Source of the DNA: Candidatus Methanobinarius endosymbioticus
GTDB taxonomy: Archaea > Methanobacteriota > Methanobacteria > Methanobacteriales > Methanobacteriaceae
Reading direction: 5' to 3'
NCBI GenBank assembly: GCA_003315655.1
Contig: NIZT01000029.1
Span: 1-46,994, forward strand
Length of the DNA: 46,994 bases
A program made the position numbers and the translations under genes. The notes below the pieces were generated by a model. That model saw nothing but the letters and a program-made list of their open reading frames with translations. It ran no database searches and was not told where the DNA came from. How positions within the stretch are numbered: position 1 is the first letter of the stretch; each line of letters begins with the position of its first letter. Below, piece by piece: positions 43,633 through 46,994 of the stretch.

Positions 43633-46467
43633 TTATAAATTAAAAACATAATTTTTAGATCTCCATCGAGCATCAATAGCAAAATTATTAAGGTTTGATG
43701 AAATAAAATCAGGAATATTCTCCATTAAATTATTTTCAGTACTATTTAATAGTAAATTTCCACCTTCAACTTTTTTAATAGAATAATTATTATTTTTAAA
43801 ATCATTTAAATAAATATTGAAATCATTACTTGATTCATTAATAAACTTAATATGTTTTTTTGTAAGTATTGGATTTCGACTTATCAAAGATTCAATTTTA
43901 CCTTTAACAATAATTTCAAGTTCTGGAGAACTAAAATTTCCTATATCATTTTTGTAATGTTTCATTAATGTTTCTAGATTTTCTTTAGATAATTCTGGAG
44001 ATGTGATATTAATAGATTAAAATCGTTTAATTTTGATGGCGTTTTTGAGTTAAATACATTTAAAGGATAAGCCCCATAAACATCAACATTATAATTATTA
44101 ATCAGAAAATCCTAATGAACTAGTCATTACATCTATCTTAATTTATAATTTTTTAATATACCAATAATTTTTATTAAATTCTCTTTAATGTTTTTATGAA
44201 TTATATCTGGCCATTTCCATATCAATTTATAATTTTGATTTTTTGATAAAAGAATAGATTCTTTTAAGAAATTTAAATAATAGTTAATATCAACAGGTTT
44301 ATCTGTTGAATTAAATGTATCTTGAACAAGAACCTCTAAATATATTCTATTATATTTATTAGCAATATCTTTATTATTTCCAATGTCTTTTAATAATTCT
44401 AAATCATTTATATATAATGATAATGAATATTTTTTAGGATTATCTTCATAATTATCTTTAGAATTATTTTGATGATCAATATTCTTTTTGAAGATTTTAT
44501 ATTATCATAGCTAGGTTTATAGCTATTTACAATAGTTTTTTCTAATTTATTAAAATGATCGCCTAAATTCATTAATTTGACTTATTAGAGCAAATAAATT
44601 TCCAGGATAATTAATAGAAATATTTTCAAAATAAAAAGGAAGATTTCCAATTTTTACTAGCTGTTTTTTCAATTGTTCAAAATTAATTGGTTTATTTTTA
44701 ACTTTTTTCCAGGAATGTTCTCCTTTTTCAACTATATTAATAATCTTACCATTGTCTAAGTTTACAGTTCCCTCTAAGACTGGAATTTTTCCATCATTTT
44801 TATTAGAAGAATCTATAGAAAAATTGATAGAAATAGGAGTCTTTTTGAAGATTTATTCTGCTTCAGCATGTAAAATAGCTTTAGTAAAATCAGATATTTA
44901 TTTTCTTTTAGTTAAATAAACTTTATTTCCTTTTTTAACATCTATATGAACATTTTTATTTTCTTTTACTAAATTAATAGAAATAATAACATTATTATCA
45001 TAGTATACTTATTATCTTTATTTTTTTACTAAATTTATTATTTTTATTAATTTCAGTATTGTGATTTTTATAATTATTATAGATTTTTATGGTTTCTCTT
45101 ATTTTTATTATAATTATCATTAGGATTATTATTAGATTTATTATAATTATTAATATATTAATTATTTAATATTTCAAATCCATAACTACCATTATTAGAT
45201 TATATTAACAAAACATCTCCTTTTTCAGGAATATTTTGTATATTAGAATTTAATGAATCAATAGTTCATTATGATTATTATTAGATTTATTAAAATCAAT
45301 TATTTTACCAATGAATAAACCAAAATGACCTGGTTTCTTTCTACTCATAATAAATTCTTTAAAAACATTATAATAATTATCATTTATATTTTTTATATTC
45401 CCAAAAATATCTTTATTTTTATTATTATTAAGGTTCTTATTAGTTTTATTATTATGATTAAATAATAAAAATGTCCCGATGTAAATCCTCGATTAAAAAC
45501 TAGTTTTAAATTTTCATTTTCATTAATATTGTTTTTAGCTATATTTTTATATTTTTTATTTTTAGATTTTTTTGGATTTTTATTTTTATATTGATTTTTT
45601 ACATTATTTGAAATAAAATTAAGATTAGAATCTTTGAATTTATTTAATTTCTTCCTATATTGATTAACAACATTAGTTACATACTCTGTATTTCTCATTC
45701 GACCTTTTATTTTTAAACTAGCTACACCTAATTCAATCAATTGAGAAATATTGTTGTATAATGAAAGATCTTTTGTAGAAATAAGATAATCTTCATTTTT
45801 ATGATTAGGAATTACTAATTTTTTTCCTTTTTTTTCCATCTTTCTCTTCTAAAAGTATTTGATATTTTTGACGACAAGCTTGAGCACAAATTCCTCTATT
45901 ACCACTTCGACCTCCGATTAAAGAAGAAAATAAACATCTTCCAGAGTAAGAAAAACATATTGCCCCATGGACAAATATTTCTGTTTCAATATTTAATAAA
46001 TAGCATGATCAGTCATTTCTTTAATTTCATCATATTTTAATTCCCTAGAAAGAACAATTCTAGAAATACCATTATCTTTAGTCCAGTTGATTCCTTCAAT
46101 ATTTTGAATATTCATTTGAGTAAAAGCATGAATTGGAATATTGGGAATCATATTTTTCAATGATAAAAGCCCAATATCTTGAATTAAAATAGCATCTACA
46201 CCAATTTTATATAATTCAAAAATATATTCTATAACTTCTAATAACTCATAATCTTTTATTAATATGTTAACTGTGATATAAACTTTAACATTATATAAAT
46301 GTGCAAATTCAACAGCTTTCTTTTATTTCAGAAAGTTTAAAATTTAGAGCATGTTTTCTTGCACCAAATTTTTTCCCAGATAAATAAATAGAACTTGTTC
46401 CTGAAAAAACAGCTAATTTTAAATGTTCCATAGAACCACCTGGAGCTAATAATTCTGGTAGTTTCAT
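43633..46467 (-). pseudogene. Peptidase U32 family (collagenase-like) with a long C-terminal extension, fragmented by many frameshifts and stops.
   Basis: N-terminus MKLPELLAPGGSMEHLKLAVFSGTSSIYLSGKKFGARKHALNF.. then TGA. Next frame ..KAVEFAHLYNVKVYITVN... U32 signature IETEIFVHGAICFSYSGRCLFSSLIGGRSGNRGICAQACRQKY. Then ..HKNEDYLISTKDL..LKIKGRMRN..LVFNRGFTSGHF.. and ..FIMSRKKPGHFGLFIG.., each in different frames. The 3' limit (43633) is uncertain. Confidence 0.65.
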
Positions 46468-46614
46468 TTTTACGCCTACGTTATAAATAATCAAAATATA
46501 AATAATAGAAAATCGATGATAATTTGAATAATAATCATGTTGAATTGAATAATATTAATAATAATGTAATGGAAGTAACTAAAAAAAGTTAAATCTATTT
46601 ATGTTAAGTATTTA

Positions 46615-46790
46615 TATCTTGCCTGTATACTAACTCTCTTGGATCATGGGTAGCTTAACCTTTCCTCCCCGAGTAACCCTCGAAACAGGCAGTCTATCTA
46701 ATGCTGGGTTTCTTCTAGTCATAGACAGCTAACACTTTCCTCTTTAGAAGGACCGTAGGCATCAGTCAAAAAAGATACGACAATATAAAT
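46615..46790. ncRNA. GC-rich island in an otherwise roughly 20% GC context. Candidate structured non-coding RNA (class and strand not determined).
   Basis: A sharp compositional switch; contains no long ORF. A 7-bp helix tgcctgt(46622-28)/acaggca(46686-92) can form, as can a 9-bp interrupted stem gtctatcta..tagtcatagac. GAGGAAAG occurs twice on the minus strand. It lies 150-320 nt upstream of the U32 pseudogene start on the minus strand. Confidence 0.3.
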
Positions 46791-46994
46791 ATATCCGAGA
46801 TAGTATTTATATTTTTTTAATAACATTAAAACTAACAATATAAATTGTAATCTTAAATAAATAATAAATTAATTAGTATATACTTAATTTGATAAAAAAA
46901 ATCTAATAAAAATTCTGATAAAAAATAAATGATAATTATAAAAAGTAATAAATAAATTATATTAAAATTAGTAAAAAAGTAATTAATAGATAAG

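Noticed and set aside
46615-46790. tRNA, RNase P RNA or SRP RNA in the GC-rich island.
   Set aside because: No acceptor/T-arm (GTTCRANTC) geometry was found. The length (~180 nt) is too short for RNase P or SRP RNA. GAGGAAAG resembles the RNase P P4 strand only superficially. It is kept as an unclassified ncRNA candidate.
1-46994. That all frameshifts and stops are mere sequencing or assembly errors.
   Set aside because: Lesions are absent from about 10 kb of essential genes but densely packed in accessory genes. Many are base substitutions creating stops, not indels. Homopolymer indels might still be partly artefactual; that is flagged as a finding to check.

Overview
This is a very AT-rich (by eye about 23-25% GC) archaeal chromosomal segment. 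Its gene content suggests a Methanobacteriales methanogen of the Methanobrevibacter/Methanosphaera type, and that organism call is an inference.

Intact information-processing and core-metabolism genes are MCM, aIF2-beta, archaeal NMD3, archaeal-type TyrRS, thymidylate kinase, a MutS2-like ATPase, RlmE/FtsJ, FAICAR synthetase PurP, a carbon-nitrogen hydrolase, an aldo/keto reductase fused to 4Fe-4S motifs, an MBL-fold hydrolase and a metallophosphoesterase. There is also an intact bacterial-type 3-methyladenine glycosylase (Tag) and an intact meso-diaminopimelate dehydrogenase (Ddh). Both look like acquisitions from gut bacteria.

The dominant feature is that nearly every accessory or surface gene is a multi-lesion pseudogene with frameshifts and in-frame TAA/TAG/TGA. 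These are four large adhesin-like genes (Pmp/right-handed beta-helix repeats and Ig-like repeats), a ~2.6 kb Lhr helicase, a ~2.8 kb U32 peptidase, an LCP-family protein, a CPBP/CAAX protease, a PNPOx-like flavoprotein, a TfoX-C-like HhH protein and an alpha/beta hydrolase. NfeD and stomatin each carry a C-terminal frameshift. The ~10 kb of housekeeping ORFs carry no lesions. That contrast argues for relaxed selection and genuine reductive genome decay rather than random sequencing error.

Several lesions are TGG->TGA at conserved Trp positions. Indels cluster in A/T homopolymers. Intergenic regions are unusually long for an archaeon; one ORF-free tract is 935 bp. No rRNA, tRNA, CRISPR array, transposase or integrase was found.

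Other items worth a look are a roughly 180-nt GC-rich island at 46.6-46.8 kb (candidate structured ncRNA), an (ATTAACA)5 microsatellite in a divergent promoter region, a shared C-terminal TM-anchor motif on all four adhesin-like proteins, and a small island of hypothetical genes at 13.7-15.7 kb wedged between two dead adhesin genes.
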